A DNA stretch of 32,000 bases from Gemmata obscuriglobus (GCF_008065095.1 NZ_CP042911.1:810001-842000), one strand, 5' to 3'. Positions 8,806-18,759 are shown, numbered from the stretch's first letter. Translations and numbers: made by a program. Notes: a model not told the origin generated them from the sequence alone.

Positions 8806-8829
8806 GCACTGTAACCCCCGTTACAGCGC
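8806..8829. repeat. REP-like palindromic element, copy 2 (inverted relative to copy 1)
   Basis: GCACTGTAAC-CCCC-GTTACAGCGC equals the reverse complement of copy 1 with one mismatch. It lies 12 nt away, a BIME-like inverted pair between convergent genes. Confidence 0.8.
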
Positions 8830-9069
8830 GACACCGGCGGATGGGGTTACCGACTGGACACCTGCTACCACCCGACTACCCACGAACTGGCAATTCGCTG
8901 GGTGGTTGCTACCACCGAATCACACGCCTCTCGCAGGCGAATTACCGGAGGTCGGCAATCAGTAGCTGTACCGTAACATGCTGCTGGTGCAGCACTTGTG
9001 GTCGCAGTGCTTGCGTAAGCAGTTCCACTTCCAGGTGCGAGGAATGGAATCAGACGCTTCCCTCGGCAC

Positions 9070-9096
9070 CGCGCGGACTTCCAGAAGTGCCGCGCG
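9070..9096. terminator. GC hairpin between convergent genes (possible terminator)
   Basis: CGCGCGG-acttccagaagtg-CCGCGCG: a 7-bp GC stem with partial inner pairing (cttc/gaag). There is no U-tract on either strand, so this is only a hairpin observation. Confidence 0.2.
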
Positions 9097-9216
9097 AGGA
9101 ATTAGGGACCAGCGATGTCAATTATCCGATCGATGACGGCTCCGCGAGCGGGAAGAGGCGTTCCCGTGCCGGCCGAGGGATCGAATCGTCCCTCCTTCTT
9201 GCGCGGTTCTCTGCCC

Positions 9217-12200
9217 TCACTTCACCCACGGGGCGAGCCGCTGCCACACGGCCCACAGCTTCGCGCTCAGGCTTCCGGCCTCGCCGGCCACACACGAGAC
9301 CACCCGTCGGTACGCACGCGCCGCACCGGGGGGCACGTCCTTCGCCGCACACGCGCCGGCCGCGACCCGCAGCGTGTCCTTCGCTTCCTTGAACGCCGCC
9401 CCCTTGCCGTCGGGGCCGGCCTGTTTGATCAGCATCACCGCCTGAGCCATGGCAACGATCAGGCGCGTCGCGTCGGACGCGGTCACGCCGTCGACCCGCG
9501 CGACGTGGGTGGCGGCCTCCGCCGGCTGGCCGCTCAGCGCCAGGTCCAGCGCCAGCCACGCGCGGAACTCGGCCAGCAGCTCTTCGGGGCCGCCCAGCCG
9601 CACCGCCGCGCGGCACACATCAAGCGCGCGCTCGTCCTGGTCCAGCAGGTGGAACACCACCACCAGCGGGCGCAGCATCCACGGCTCCACGCCGGCCCGG
9701 TCGCGCCAGTCGGCGAGCCACGCGGACGCCATCCCGTGGTGCCCGGCCGTCACCAGCGCCGCACCGGCTCGCGCCCACGCCACGTCGTCGGCGCGGAGGG
9801 CGTCGTTGTACTTCTGAACGACCCCCTGAACCGGCTTGCCGGCCTCGGCCAGCGACCAGACGTAGGTGAGCAGCAGCTCGCGCCCGGCCGCCGGGTTCTG
9901 CGCGAGCAGCTCGGGCAGCCGCTCGGCCACCTGCTCCGCCGCCCCCTCGGCGACGGCCCGATCGGCCCACAGCCCCGCGATGTCGGCGTTGGCGTCGGGC
10001 GCGAGGGCCAAGTCTTTGAGGTCATCGGTCAGGCGCCCGGACCAGCCCTCGGCGTCGAACGCCAGCGCCGCCTCGCGCAGGGTGCCGCGGGTCACGTCCG
10101 GGTCGGCGGCCAGTTCGCGGAAGCGCGCCAGCGCCGGTTCGGGGTCCCCCTGGCGGCACGCGACCTGGACCGCACGCAGCCGCACCAGCGGGCCGCTGGC
10201 GGTTTCCTGAAGGGTCCGGAGCGACCTTCCCGCGGAGGCGACGTCGCCCGCGGCGAGCTGCTCCGTGATGAGGTTCAGCCCGGCCGCCTCGAACGTCGGG
10301 TCGAGGTCGAACGCCTTCTGGAAGTCGGCCATCGCGCCGCGCCGGTCCGCCACCCCGCGCCGGGCCTCGCCGCGGTAGATGTACGCCAGCGGGTTCAGCG
10401 GCTCGAGCCGAACGAACTGCTCGCTCGCCTCCAGGCACTCGCGGGGCCGCCCGACGGTGTCGTACCACGCCGCGAGCTGGCGCCACCCGTGGACGAACTG
10501 CGGGTGCTCGGTCACCAGCTGCCGCATGACGGAAACGGCCCGCGCCCGGTCCCCGCGCCGGGCCTCGATCCACGCCGCCCGCCCCCGCAACTCGAGCGGC
10601 AGCGGCTCGGCGAACTCGGCCGGCTTGCACGCGGCCAGCGCCTCTTCGTACCGCCCGGCGAGCGCGAGCTGCTCGGCCTTGCAGTCGTGCCCCGGCACGA
10701 ACCGCGGGTGCGCCCGGATGACGGCGTCCGCGGCCCGGAGCCGCTCGTTCGGCTCGGCCTCGCGCCCCTCCCGGGACTCGATCCAGAAGATCGGGGCCCA
10801 CGGGTGAAACGGGCCGCCGCTCTGCCACGACTCGCGCAGCACCCGGTGCGCCCGGTCCCCCATCCCGGCCGACTGGAGCTCGTTGAGCGCCGACTGGACC
10901 GGGTACGCCGACGCGCCCGGCCCCTCGCAGATCTCGGTGAACGCGCGGGTCGCGGTGTCGGCGTCGTCGAGCCGGCACGCCAGCTGAATTTGCTTCACCG
11001 CGACCTCCGGCCCGGCCGCGTGCTCCTGCAGCACGGCCAGCGCCAGGGACGCGTCGCGGTACTCTTCGTCCGCGAGGCACGCGTCGAACAGGATCGCGGC
11101 CGCGGGCGAGTAGGTGGCGCTGATCTTCAGCGCCTCGCGGAGGTCTCCCTTGCCGCCCTCGCGGTCGCCGGTCTGGAGCTTGGCCTCGCCGCGCATGGTC
11201 CAGCCGGTCGGGTGGTGCGGCTGCAGCCGCACGAGCGCCGAGGCCGCCTCCAGGTAGTGCTCGGACTTGCCCGTCTCGTTGTACCAGTCGGCGAGCTGGT
11301 GCCAGCCCCACACGTAGGCCGGGTCGAGCTGCACCAGCGCGTCCATGCTCTTGATGGCGCCGGCGTAGTCGCCCCGGCGGGCCAGCACCCACGCCTCGCG
11401 GCCCTGGAGGATCATGGGCACGTCGTCCACGAACTGGGGCGGGCGGGCCGCCTCCAGGGCGGCGTCGAACCGCCCCATCTCGGCGAGCCGCTCGGCCTTC
11501 AGGTCGTGCGCCTCCACGTTCTTCGGCTCGAGCGCGATGGCGCGGTCGAGGGCGGCGAGCACCTCGTCGTTGAACCGCGGGTGGTGCAGCGTGCGCGCGA
11601 GCCGGAGCCACACCCGCGGGTCGCCGGCCCGGTCGCGGGCGAGCTCGCGGGTCAGCTCCGCCGGCTCGTCGGGCAGCTCCATCCGGTCGGCCCACAACTG
11701 TACCGCGTGCCAGGCCCAGTCGTACCCGGGCTCCAGCCGGACCGCGGTCTTCGCGCGGTCGAGCGCCTCGCGCGACCGCCCCTCGTCCCACAGCCGCTCC
11801 GCGAGAAACCCGTGGGCCAGCGCGTCCGTCGGGTTACGGACCGTGGCCCGCTCGAGCACCGCGATGGCGTCGTCGCGCTGGTCCGCGTCGTCGAGGGCCT
11901 CGGCCAGCTCGCGGGCCGCCAGCGACCACCCGGGCGAGACGGCGACCGCCTGGCGCAGCGCGTCGAGCCGGCCGTCGGCGTTGCCCAGAGCGTGACACAC
12001 CTGGGCGAGGTCGAGCCACAGCTTCCCGAGCAGCGGGAACCGGTCGACCGCCTCGCGGGCCAGCGCGTGGGCCTCGTCCAGTCGCCCCAACCCGGTCAGC
12101 TGCTGAGCGACCGCCGACCACGCGTGCCACAGGTCCGGGCGGTCGTCGAGAATCTGTTCCAGCGTTTCGAGCAGCCGCGTGTGATCTTCGGGGTCGCTGT

Positions 12201-15195
12201 TGCCCTGGAACACGTGGTGCGACACGCCGACGAACGCGATCAGTCCTTCCCCTGTGTGCGGCTGGCGCCTCAGCTCGGCCTCGATGAATTCGAGCGCGTC
12301 GCGCTTCTCGCGGCGCCCTCGGGCGAGTTGCACCAGCTCGGCGATTTGCGGCTCTTGGTCGATGTTGAGCCGCAACCCAGCGCGAATCGCCTCCGCCGCC
12401 TCCGCGGTGCGGTCCGCCCGCTTGTGGACCTGTGCGAGGACCGAATGGTACCACACGTGATTCGGCTCCAGCTCGCCGGCCCGGACGGCGTGGGCGAGTG
12501 CCTCGTCCAGGCGCTTACGGTCCGCGCACACGAGGGCCCGCTGGCGCAGCGCCCACGCGTCGTCGGGGCACACGTCGAGCAGATCCCGAAGGGCTCGCTC
12601 GGCGTCGCCTTCGGGGTCGCCGCTGAGAAATTCGGCCCGGAACTTGAGCAGCGGGTAGTAGTGCGGGAACCGCTGGCACGCCTGGGTCAAGTGCGCCCGC
12701 GCCGCGCCGCGGCCGTCGGTCTCCGCGAGCAGCGCGGTGAGCGTGCGATGCGCCTCCAGCGGGAGCGGGTCGAGTTTGACAACTTCGAGGTAGTGTGCGC
12801 CCGCGGCCGCCAGGTCCGGCCGGGTGCGTGAGACTCGCGCCGCGGCCTTGTGCCACGCGCCGGCGGGCACGAGCGGCTTCGCCGCGGTCAGATCGACATC
12901 GGCATCGGCGAACCGGTCGGCGGACGCGCGGCACTCCGCACGAAACAACAAAAGCTCACCGAGCGCGAGCGCGCGCTCGCGGGCCGGCCCGGGTGTGTCC
13001 TTGCTGTCCGCCACAGCGGGAGCCGTCGCCGCGTCTTGGAGCTTCCGAATCGCTTGATCGACCGCCGCCGCGGCTTGCTGCGGTTCGTCGCGGTCGAGCA
13101 GCGCGTGGTACAGCGCGCGCGTCGCCGCCGGGACCGGCACCGCGGCCCGGCCGGCCCGCTGCTGGAACAACCGAATCGCCTCTGGAACCTGTTCGGTGGC
13201 GCGGGCCGCGCGGAAGTACGCGTCGGCGAACTGGTCCTCGCGCTCCTCGAGCGTGCAGGCGAACCGGTACAGTTCGGTGGCTTCGTCGAACCGCCGCTCC
13301 TCCCACCACTGCGACGCGAGCAGGTAGTAGCCGGCCGCGGCGGTGGGGCGCACCTGAACCGAGTGCCGCAGCAGTAGCGCCGCCTCGTACTGCCGCCGCG
13401 GATCAGGCAACAGCGCCTGCGCCAGCGTTTGGGCGACCATGGGCTCGGCCGCACGGCGCCAGCCCTCGGCCGCAAGTAACGCGTCGCGCTCGGGGAACCG
13501 GTGCAGCTCGCGCAGCACGGCCGCCTTCCCCAGCACCCAGGTCGATTCGTGCGGGTACAAGGCGAGCAGTCGATCGTACAGGGCAAGCAACTTCAGCGGG
13601 TGTGCGTCGTACCGCGCTAACGCGAGCTCACCGAAGAGCGAAAGTGTGCTCCCGGGGAACCGGTCGCGCAGCACCCGGAGAGCACCCTCCGCGGCCGCCC
13701 GGTCGTGACCCAGTAGCGGCTTCTGCACCGCGTACAGTACCTCACGCGGCTCGGCGTCCGTGAGCCCCGGGAGGCCGTCGAGCCGATTCGCCTCGTGGGC
13801 CGGGACAAGTGCGAGGCAGCGCGGGCCGAACGGCTTGAAGCGCTTCAGCAGCGATCCGGCGGGCGCGTCGACCGGGCGCCGGTCCTGGCCGTCGATCACC
13901 GAAACCGTGCCGCGCATCGCATCCGCACCAACACATAATCGCGGTTGCGAGAACCCGGCTTCGACCAGCGTGAGGAGGAACGGCACGCCGCGCCCGATCA
14001 GCGCCACGGCCGCGTCGAGTGAGAGGGTAAAATCGCACGCGACCCAGCCGGCTTCCTCGGCGCGGTCGCGTTCCGCCGCGTCCGGAAGACCGTCGACCGG
14101 AGGCGGGCTCTCGCCTCGCTCCGGCAGCGGGTGCTTCCAGAACCGCGCCAGCAGTTCGTACACGCTCGGGACCACTGGGAGGGGCGGGAAGTCGAGCGCG
14201 ATTTTCGACCGAGACGGCACCGAGGAACGGGAACCGTGAGGCCCTTGCTCAAGCGAATCGCCCCCGCCTGGCACGTCGCGCACTCCGTCCGCACCCGGAG
14301 GAGCGCCACTCGCGCGTGCTTGTGTGTCGAGGCGATCGGCGAACTGGTCGTAGAACTCGTCCTTCACTTCTCGCGCGAACCGTGCCGCGGCGGCCGGATC
14401 GCCCAAAAAGTACGCGCAGTCGGCTCGCCGTGCCGACTGCCACTTGGCGAGTTCGGGCTCGAGCAGCGGCGACAGGTCCGCGTACCGGTCCAGGGTGCGC
14501 CGGGCGGCGGCGTGGTACCCGAGGTCGGTTTGCAGCGCGGCCAGTTGCGCCGCGATCAGCCCGCTCTCCAGGTTCGCATCGGCCTCGGTGAGGAACTCGA
14601 GGGCCGCACGGTCGTGCCCTTGCCGGAGCAGCAAGTGGGCGACGGACTGCACCCCCGGCCGGAACCACGGGTGCAGCTCGAGCGACCGCCGCGCCACCGC
14701 CATCGCGTCATCAAGGCGGTCGGCCAGTTCGTACACGCTCGACCGCTCGATGCACGGCCACGGCCGGTCCGGAGCGATCGCCTCGGACCGGTTCAGCAGT
14801 CGCTCCGCGCGGTCGAAGTCGCGGAGCCGCGCCACGATGAACGCGTGCAGCGCCAGCCAGTCGGCGTGCAGTTCGGGAGGTGCGTCGGACCAGTCGGGGT
14901 TGTTCCGCATGAACCGCCACGTCGAGAGCGGCCCGAACCGCTCCATGCGGTAGCGCGCGTGGTAGTAGATGGCCTCGGGGTGCGCGGGCGTAGCGCGGAA
15001 CGCCGCCAGGTGCATCTGGCGCCCCAGCTTCGGCCCGCCCAACTGGATCGCGAGCCGCCCGCCGATGAGCCGGGCCGCCGTGCCGGACCACCCCCGCAGC
15101 GGCCCCCACGCGGTCGCCGCGTCGTAGGCCCGTCGGTAGTACCCTTGCGTGTACAGCTCGCGAACGCGGGTCAGGTCGGCGGGTGCGATTTCCAT
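9217..15195 (-). CDS. giant TPR-repeat protein (1992 aa)
   Basis: Single ORF, rich in Ala/Leu/Arg/Asp/Trp. TPR-like units recur through most of aa ~480-1990, for example AVRLEPGYDWAWHAVQLW, LVQLDPAYVWGWHQLADWY, LVRLQPHHPTGWTMRGEA and FVRLEPLNPLAYIYRGEA. The N-terminal ~290 aa are also TPR-like. They are followed by a low-complexity linker and a non-TPR insert (aa ~330-480). Confidence 0.85.
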   Translation of the reverse strand: MEIAPADLTRVRELYTQGYYRRAYDAATAWGPLRGWSGTAARLIGGRLAIQLGGPKLGRQMHLAAFRATPAHPEAIYYHARYRMERFGPLSTWRFMRNNPDWSDAPPELHADWLALHAFIVARLRDFDRAERLLNRSEAIAPDRPWPCIERSSVYELADRLDDAMAVARRSLELHPWFRPGVQSVAHLLLRQGHDRAALEFLTEADANLESGLIAAQLAALQTDLGYHAAARRTLDRYADLSPLLEPELAKWQSARRADCAYFLGDPAAAARFAREVKDEFYDQFADRLDTQARASGAPPGADGVRDVPGGGDSLEQGPHGSRSSVPSRSKIALDFPPLPVVPSVYELLARFWKHPLPERGESPPPVDGLPDAAERDRAEEAGWVACDFTLSLDAAVALIGRGVPFLLTLVEAGFSQPRLCVGADAMRGTVSVIDGQDRRPVDAPAGSLLKRFKPFGPRCLALVPAHEANRLDGLPGLTDAEPREVLYAVQKPLLGHDRAAAEGALRVLRDRFPGSTLSLFGELALARYDAHPLKLLALYDRLLALYPHESTWVLGKAAVLRELHRFPERDALLAAEGWRRAAEPMVAQTLAQALLPDPRRQYEAALLLRHSVQVRPTAAAGYYLLASQWWEERRFDEATELYRFACTLEEREDQFADAYFRAARATEQVPEAIRLFQQRAGRAAVPVPAATRALYHALLDRDEPQQAAAAVDQAIRKLQDAATAPAVADSKDTPGPARERALALGELLLFRAECRASADRFADADVDLTAAKPLVPAGAWHKAAARVSRTRPDLAAAGAHYLEVVKLDPLPLEAHRTLTALLAETDGRGAARAHLTQACQRFPHYYPLLKFRAEFLSGDPEGDAERALRDLLDVCPDDAWALRQRALVCADRKRLDEALAHAVRAGELEPNHVWYHSVLAQVHKRADRTAEAAEAIRAGLRLNIDQEPQIAELVQLARGRREKRDALEFIEAELRRQPHTGEGLIAFVGVSHHVFQGNSDPEDHTRLLETLEQILDDRPDLWHAWSAVAQQLTGLGRLDEAHALAREAVDRFPLLGKLWLDLAQVCHALGNADGRLDALRQAVAVSPGWSLAARELAEALDDADQRDDAIAVLERATVRNPTDALAHGFLAERLWDEGRSREALDRAKTAVRLEPGYDWAWHAVQLWADRMELPDEPAELTRELARDRAGDPRVWLRLARTLHHPRFNDEVLAALDRAIALEPKNVEAHDLKAERLAEMGRFDAALEAARPPQFVDDVPMILQGREAWVLARRGDYAGAIKSMDALVQLDPAYVWGWHQLADWYNETGKSEHYLEAASALVRLQPHHPTGWTMRGEAKLQTGDREGGKGDLREALKISATYSPAAAILFDACLADEEYRDASLALAVLQEHAAGPEVAVKQIQLACRLDDADTATRAFTEICEGPGASAYPVQSALNELQSAGMGDRAHRVLRESWQSGGPFHPWAPIFWIESREGREAEPNERLRAADAVIRAHPRFVPGHDCKAEQLALAGRYEEALAACKPAEFAEPLPLELRGRAAWIEARRGDRARAVSVMRQLVTEHPQFVHGWRQLAAWYDTVGRPRECLEASEQFVRLEPLNPLAYIYRGEARRGVADRRGAMADFQKAFDLDPTFEAAGLNLITEQLAAGDVASAGRSLRTLQETASGPLVRLRAVQVACRQGDPEPALARFRELAADPDVTRGTLREAALAFDAEGWSGRLTDDLKDLALAPDANADIAGLWADRAVAEGAAEQVAERLPELLAQNPAAGRELLLTYVWSLAEAGKPVQGVVQKYNDALRADDVAWARAGAALVTAGHHGMASAWLADWRDRAGVEPWMLRPLVVVFHLLDQDERALDVCRAAVRLGGPEELLAEFRAWLALDLALSGQPAEAATHVARVDGVTASDATRLIVAMAQAVMLIKQAGPDGKGAAFKEAKDTLRVAAGACAAKDVPPGAARAYRRVVSCVAGEAGSLSAKLWAVWQRLAPWVK

Positions 15196-15279
15196 GCAGC
15201 GGGTCCGGAACGAATGGCGGAGCAGGGCGGGGGGCTTTCGTCCGCACCTCGGCTCCGGTCTCTTTTGTCGGGCGCAGGT

Positions 15280-15714
15280 TCAGCTCTTATCGGTCGCGGA
15301 ACTGGCGTCCGCGAGCGGCGAAAGCTGGTTGATGATGTTCCCCATCTGGGCCAGCTTCATGCCGTAGCGGTCCAGAAACTCGGCCAGAGCGAACTCGTTG
15401 GCCAGTAGTCCGTCGTCCTCGGCGAGCCGCTCGGTCGCCTCGTTGATCATGCCGATGTACGCGCGCTCCAAGGCCGGCAGCGCGCGCTTGCACGCGCCGC
15501 CGACGCCCGGGAACTCTTCGGCCCACCGCGCGAGGAACGACTTCCAGCGCCCGTTGGGGTCTTGGCTCGCCGCTTGCGCTTTGTGCAGAGCCACGAGCTC
15601 CCGCTGTGCCGTCAGCAGTTGGCGAAGCAGGTCCGCGACCTCGGCCGAACCGGTAGCCGGGGCCGGACCGGTGAGCGGTGTCGGCATCACGTAGACCGGG
15701 CCACTCATGGGCAA
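15280..15714 (-). CDS. hypothetical helical protein (144 aa), upstream partner of the TPR gene
   Basis: The ORF has protein-like composition, with LLRQLLTAQRELVALHKAQ and AEFLDRYGMKLAQMGNIINQL. The start is TTG at 15714, with an alternative ATG at 15708. It lies on the same strand as the TPR gene, 84 nt upstream. I recognise no domain. Confidence 0.6.
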   Translation of the reverse strand: MPMSGPVYVMPTPLTGPAPATGSAEVADLLRQLLTAQRELVALHKAQAASQDPNGRWKSFLARWAEEFPGVGGACKRALPALERAYIGMINEATERLAEDDGLLANEFALAEFLDRYGMKLAQMGNIINQLSPLADASSATDKS

Positions 15715-15744
15715 GCTCGTGCGGGCTCGGGTAATGTCCTGGTG

Positions 15745-15752
15745 ATTATACA
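15745..15752 (-). promoter_or_regulatory. extended -10 element (TGTATAAT) upstream of the 15714 gene
   Basis: The minus strand reads ..ctcTGTATAATcacc.., a perfect TGnTATAAT, 31-38 nt upstream of the start codon. No convincing -35 sits at 17-nt spacing. Confidence 0.3.
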
Positions 15753-16267
15753 GAGTCTTCCAAATCCGAGGTGTTCAGTCGCTTTACCGTTGATCACCAG
15801 AAAACGAGCAAGCCGCCCGGTGGGGGACCGGGCGGCTCACTTGGGGGGGATGGAAGCAAACCGGATGCGGAGGCGGTGGTTTATTGGGGGGAACCTTACC
15901 GGCCTCTGGTCGGGGTTCTGGGGGAAGAACCCTCACGACAAAAATAGTATAAGCACCCCCCGTGCCAAACCTCACGCGGCCGCGGCGTGAGGTCGCAAAC
16001 CGCTTCAAATCCAAGCAAATCCACGTTCGCAAATTTGGGGTCAATGGGACCGAGTGAACAAGCTGCACGCGACTTGCAATTTCGCGCGAAGAAGATGCAA
16101 TTCTTACCGGTAATCCTTACCACTCGCGGCATCCGAGAACCCGTGCATCCGGTACTTTCGCCATCCAAGGCGAGCTGCATGGGGGTAGTGAGCGGGTAGC
16201 GATTAGCCCGCAAAGGTACCAGTCGGGCGCCTACAAGTGTCCCGTCGGCGGCCCCACATGCCGCCCG

Positions 16268-16309
16268 CCCCGAACGGCGCTGTAACGGGGGGTACAGCGC
16301 CGTTCGGGG
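16268..16309. repeat. REP-like palindrome, third family member (extended stem)
   Basis: CCCCGAACGGCGCTGTA-acgggggg-TACAGCGCCGTTCGGGG: a 17-bp perfect stem. Its core GCGCTGTAACGGGG..TACAGCGC matches the 8770/8806 elements. It lies just downstream of the 16398-16955 (-) gene. Confidence 0.75.
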
Positions 16310-16397
16310 GCGGCGAGCCAGGAGCACAAGGTCGGCGCCCCGGCGCCAGACGACACTCATCGGACGACACCCGGCTTCGTCCGACGGTCGAATCGGC

Positions 16398-16955
16398 TCA
16401 CGGGGCTGAGGCGAACCGCCACTCGGGCACGTACGACGGCATCACCCCGGCGGCGAACGCCTCGGCGCCGATCGAGTCGCGGAGCTTCTTGAGGGCCGCC
16501 CGGCGCACCGTCACGTAGTAGAAATCGCACTGCGCGTCGCGGACCGCGTCCCACTGCTGGTACGCCCGGTCCGTCTCCTTCATCGCCTGCTGGAACAGGT
16601 CGGACCGGTCCGCCTCCCACACCTCGCGCTCCTCCAACCCCTTACGGAACGAGCGGTTGAACCGGATCAGCTCGTTCACCGTGCGCCGGTCCGGCAGGCG
16701 GTGGCAGTCGGCGAGCGGGGGCGCGTCCGCGAGGTCGGCGTAGCGCTTGCGGAGCAGGTCCAGGTCGCTCAGGAAATCGTCGCGGGTGCCCAACAGGTAC
16801 CGCTCCTCGCGCGGGTCCATGATCTCCCACTTGATCGCCGTCTGGTGAATGGCGTTGCGGACCGAAACCCAGCGCTCTTCGGACGGGGTTTGTTCGGGGG
16901 TTCCCACGGGAGCCGAAAGGAGCATTGCCGCCAAGAACAGATCAGTTGCCGACAT
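16398..16955 (-). CDS. hypothetical secreted protein (185 aa)
   Basis: N-terminal signal-like segment MSATDLFLAAMLLSAPVG followed by a charged helical body (DLLRKRYADLAD, RSFRKGLEEREVWEADR). No recognisable domain. Confidence 0.6.
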   Translation of the reverse strand: MSATDLFLAAMLLSAPVGTPEQTPSEERWVSVRNAIHQTAIKWEIMDPREERYLLGTRDDFLSDLDLLRKRYADLADAPPLADCHRLPDRRTVNELIRFNRSFRKGLEEREVWEADRSDLFQQAMKETDRAYQQWDAVRDAQCDFYYVTVRRAALKKLRDSIGAEAFAAGVMPSYVPEWRFASAP

Positions 16956-17487
16956 CTTCGCACCGTTGAGATTGGCGTTTTACGCGCGCGGGGCGGCGGC
17001 CCCAACGTGCGGGGAAAATGGACCCGTTTGTGACACCCGGTGTGTCGGGTCGGGGAGGTGCGGGCGGCCGACGTGGAGAGGGGTCCGCGTGGGTTCACGG
17101 CGCGGTGGTCGGCCCGGCCTCGGCGATCCGGCTACTCGCCGCGACGCGCACCCCGATGTCCCCGCCAACAGGCGGGAGAATAAGGTGCGAGAGCTCCGCG
17201 GCATGACGCCCCGCGTAATAGCGGAAGCGTCGAAGAAATTCAATACATTTTATGTGCCGCCCGTTGCCAGATGAGTGCATCTTCTGTAAAAACTGGCGGC
17301 TCACGCCCTGAACAATCGAACGCTTGGGCGGCGAATTTGCCACCACCTTCCCGCCCGCCCGCCCGATCCGGTCCGCTCGTCTCAACTCATAAGCCGTCGC
17401 TGCCAATTTGCAGACCGACGGCGCAAAACGCCGGTGGTAGCGGTTCGTACACTGCCCGCAACAGTCCTCCCTCATGGAGCGGGCCTC

Positions 17488-18288
17488 ATGGCGCAATCGT
17501 CCGCGGGCAAGGTGGCGCTGGTGACCGGGGCGTCGAGCGGCATCGGCTGGGAACTGGCCAAACAGCTCGCCGCGAAGGGGTACAAGGTCGGCGCGGTCGC
17601 GCGGCGGGCCGAACCGCTCGCCGACCTCGTCGCACAAATCACCGCGACCGGAGGGCAGGCGCTCGCCGTGCCCGCCGACGTCGGCGCGCGAGAGCAGGTG
17701 GAAGCGGCGTTCACTCAGGTGCGGGCGGCCCTCGGCCCGGTCGACTTCGTGATCGCAAACGCGGGCATCGGGCGCCCCACCCTCCGCGACCCCGTGAACA
17801 TGGCGGACGTCGAGAGCACCTTCCGCATCAACCTGATGGGTGCGGTCTACACCCTGTCCGCGGCGCTCCCCGAGATGCTCGCGCGGAAGAGCGGACACCT
17901 GGTCGCGGTTTCGAGCTTGGCGGCGTACCGCGGGCTGCCGGCCGAGTCCGCGTACTGCGCGAGTAAGGCCGCGGTCAACGTGTACATGGACGGCCTGCGG
18001 ATGCACCTGCGCGGCACCGGCGTCCGCGCCACCACCATCTGCCCGGGGTTCGTCAAAACCCCGATGACCGCGCCCAACACGTTCCACATGCCCCAGCTCA
18101 TGGAGCCGGCTTACGCGGCCCGGAAGATGATCGCCGCCGTTGAGGCCGGGAAGAAGGTGTACAACTTCCCGGGGCGGTTGCACCTGATCGTCAAGCTCAG
18201 CCGCTGGCTCCCGGACGCCGTCGTCTGCTGGGCAATGGGCGATTACGACACGGAAGCCAAACAGGCCGTCGCGAACCGGCAAAAATAG
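17488..18288 (+). CDS. short-chain dehydrogenase/reductase (SDR) family oxidoreductase
   Basis: KVALVTGASSGIG (TGxxxGxG), NAGIG and SS..YCASKAAV (catalytic Ser and YxxxK). ATG 17488 (MAQSSAGK) is preferred over the track's upstream GTG at 17434. Confidence 0.88.
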   Translation: MAQSSAGKVALVTGASSGIGWELAKQLAAKGYKVGAVARRAEPLADLVAQITATGGQALAVPADVGAREQVEAAFTQVRAALGPVDFVIANAGIGRPTLRDPVNMADVESTFRINLMGAVYTLSAALPEMLARKSGHLVAVSSLAAYRGLPAESAYCASKAAVNVYMDGLRMHLRGTGVRATTICPGFVKTPMTAPNTFHMPQLMEPAYAARKMIAAVEAGKKVYNFPGRLHLIVKLSRWLPDAVVCWAMGDYDTEAKQAVANRQK

Positions 18289-18357
18289 CAATCGAACCGC
18301 CGGCGTGCGGCGTCTGATTGGTGAGCGCAGCCGCGCTCGTAACCCGATGGAGAAAAC

Positions 18358-18759
18358 ATGCACAACGCGCTCCTGGCGATAGCGTTCCTGGCGGTGCCGG
18401 CCCTCACGGCTGATGACAAGCAGGTGGTGCGCGAGTTACAAACGAAGGAACTGAACGTGACACCGGCCCGCGAGGGAAAGGCCGGCGAGCCGACCGAGAT
18501 CAAGTCCGCGGACGACCTCGCCAAAAATGCGGTCCTCAAAGACGCGGCCGACGACGTGAAGAAGCTGGTCAATTTTGACACGGAGAAGCTGCTGGTCTTC
18601 GCGTGGGCCGGGTCCGGTCAGGACAAAATCGCGGTGACCGACGAGACCAAGGACGGCAAGACGGTCCTCACACTGACATACACCCCCGGACTGACCCGCG
18701 ACCTGCGCCAGCACGTTAAACTGTTCGCCGTGCCGAAGGGCGCGGAAATCAAGAAGTAA
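18358..18759 (+). CDS. hypothetical small secreted protein (133 aa)
   Basis: Signal-like MHNALLAIAFLAVPALTA followed by a Lys/Asp/Thr-rich beta-type sequence (KLLVFAWAGSGQDKIAVTDETKDGKTVLTLTYTPG). No recognisable domain. Confidence 0.6.
   Translation: MHNALLAIAFLAVPALTADDKQVVRELQTKELNVTPAREGKAGEPTEIKSADDLAKNAVLKDAADDVKKLVNFDTEKLLVFAWAGSGQDKIAVTDETKDGKTVLTLTYTPGLTRDLRQHVKLFAVPKGAEIKK

Noticed and set aside
8770-8829. Possible CRISPR array
   Set aside because: There are only two units. They are in inverted rather than direct orientation, each is self-palindromic, the spacer is 12 nt, and there are no cas genes. REP/BIME-like is the better description.
9115-12831. 1238-aa ORF on the + strand, plus several 100-590-aa ORFs on both strands between 9100 and 15400
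   Set aside because: It lies antisense or out of frame to the 1992-aa TPR gene. The translation is an Arg/Gly/Pro/Val-rich low-complexity string with no motifs. This is a typical stop-codon-poor shadow ORF in high-GC DNA.
17095-18363. 422-aa - strand ORF
   Set aside because: It is antisense to the SDR gene, which has TGxxxGxG and YxxxK motifs. The same logic applies to 30143-31456 (-) opposite the vWA gene, 7319-8383 (-) and 7666-8778 (+) over the acyltransferase, 6921-7922 (+) over purN, 25216-26322 (-) and 25734-26750 (+) over the ECF gene, and 2553-3920 (+) opposite the transposase.
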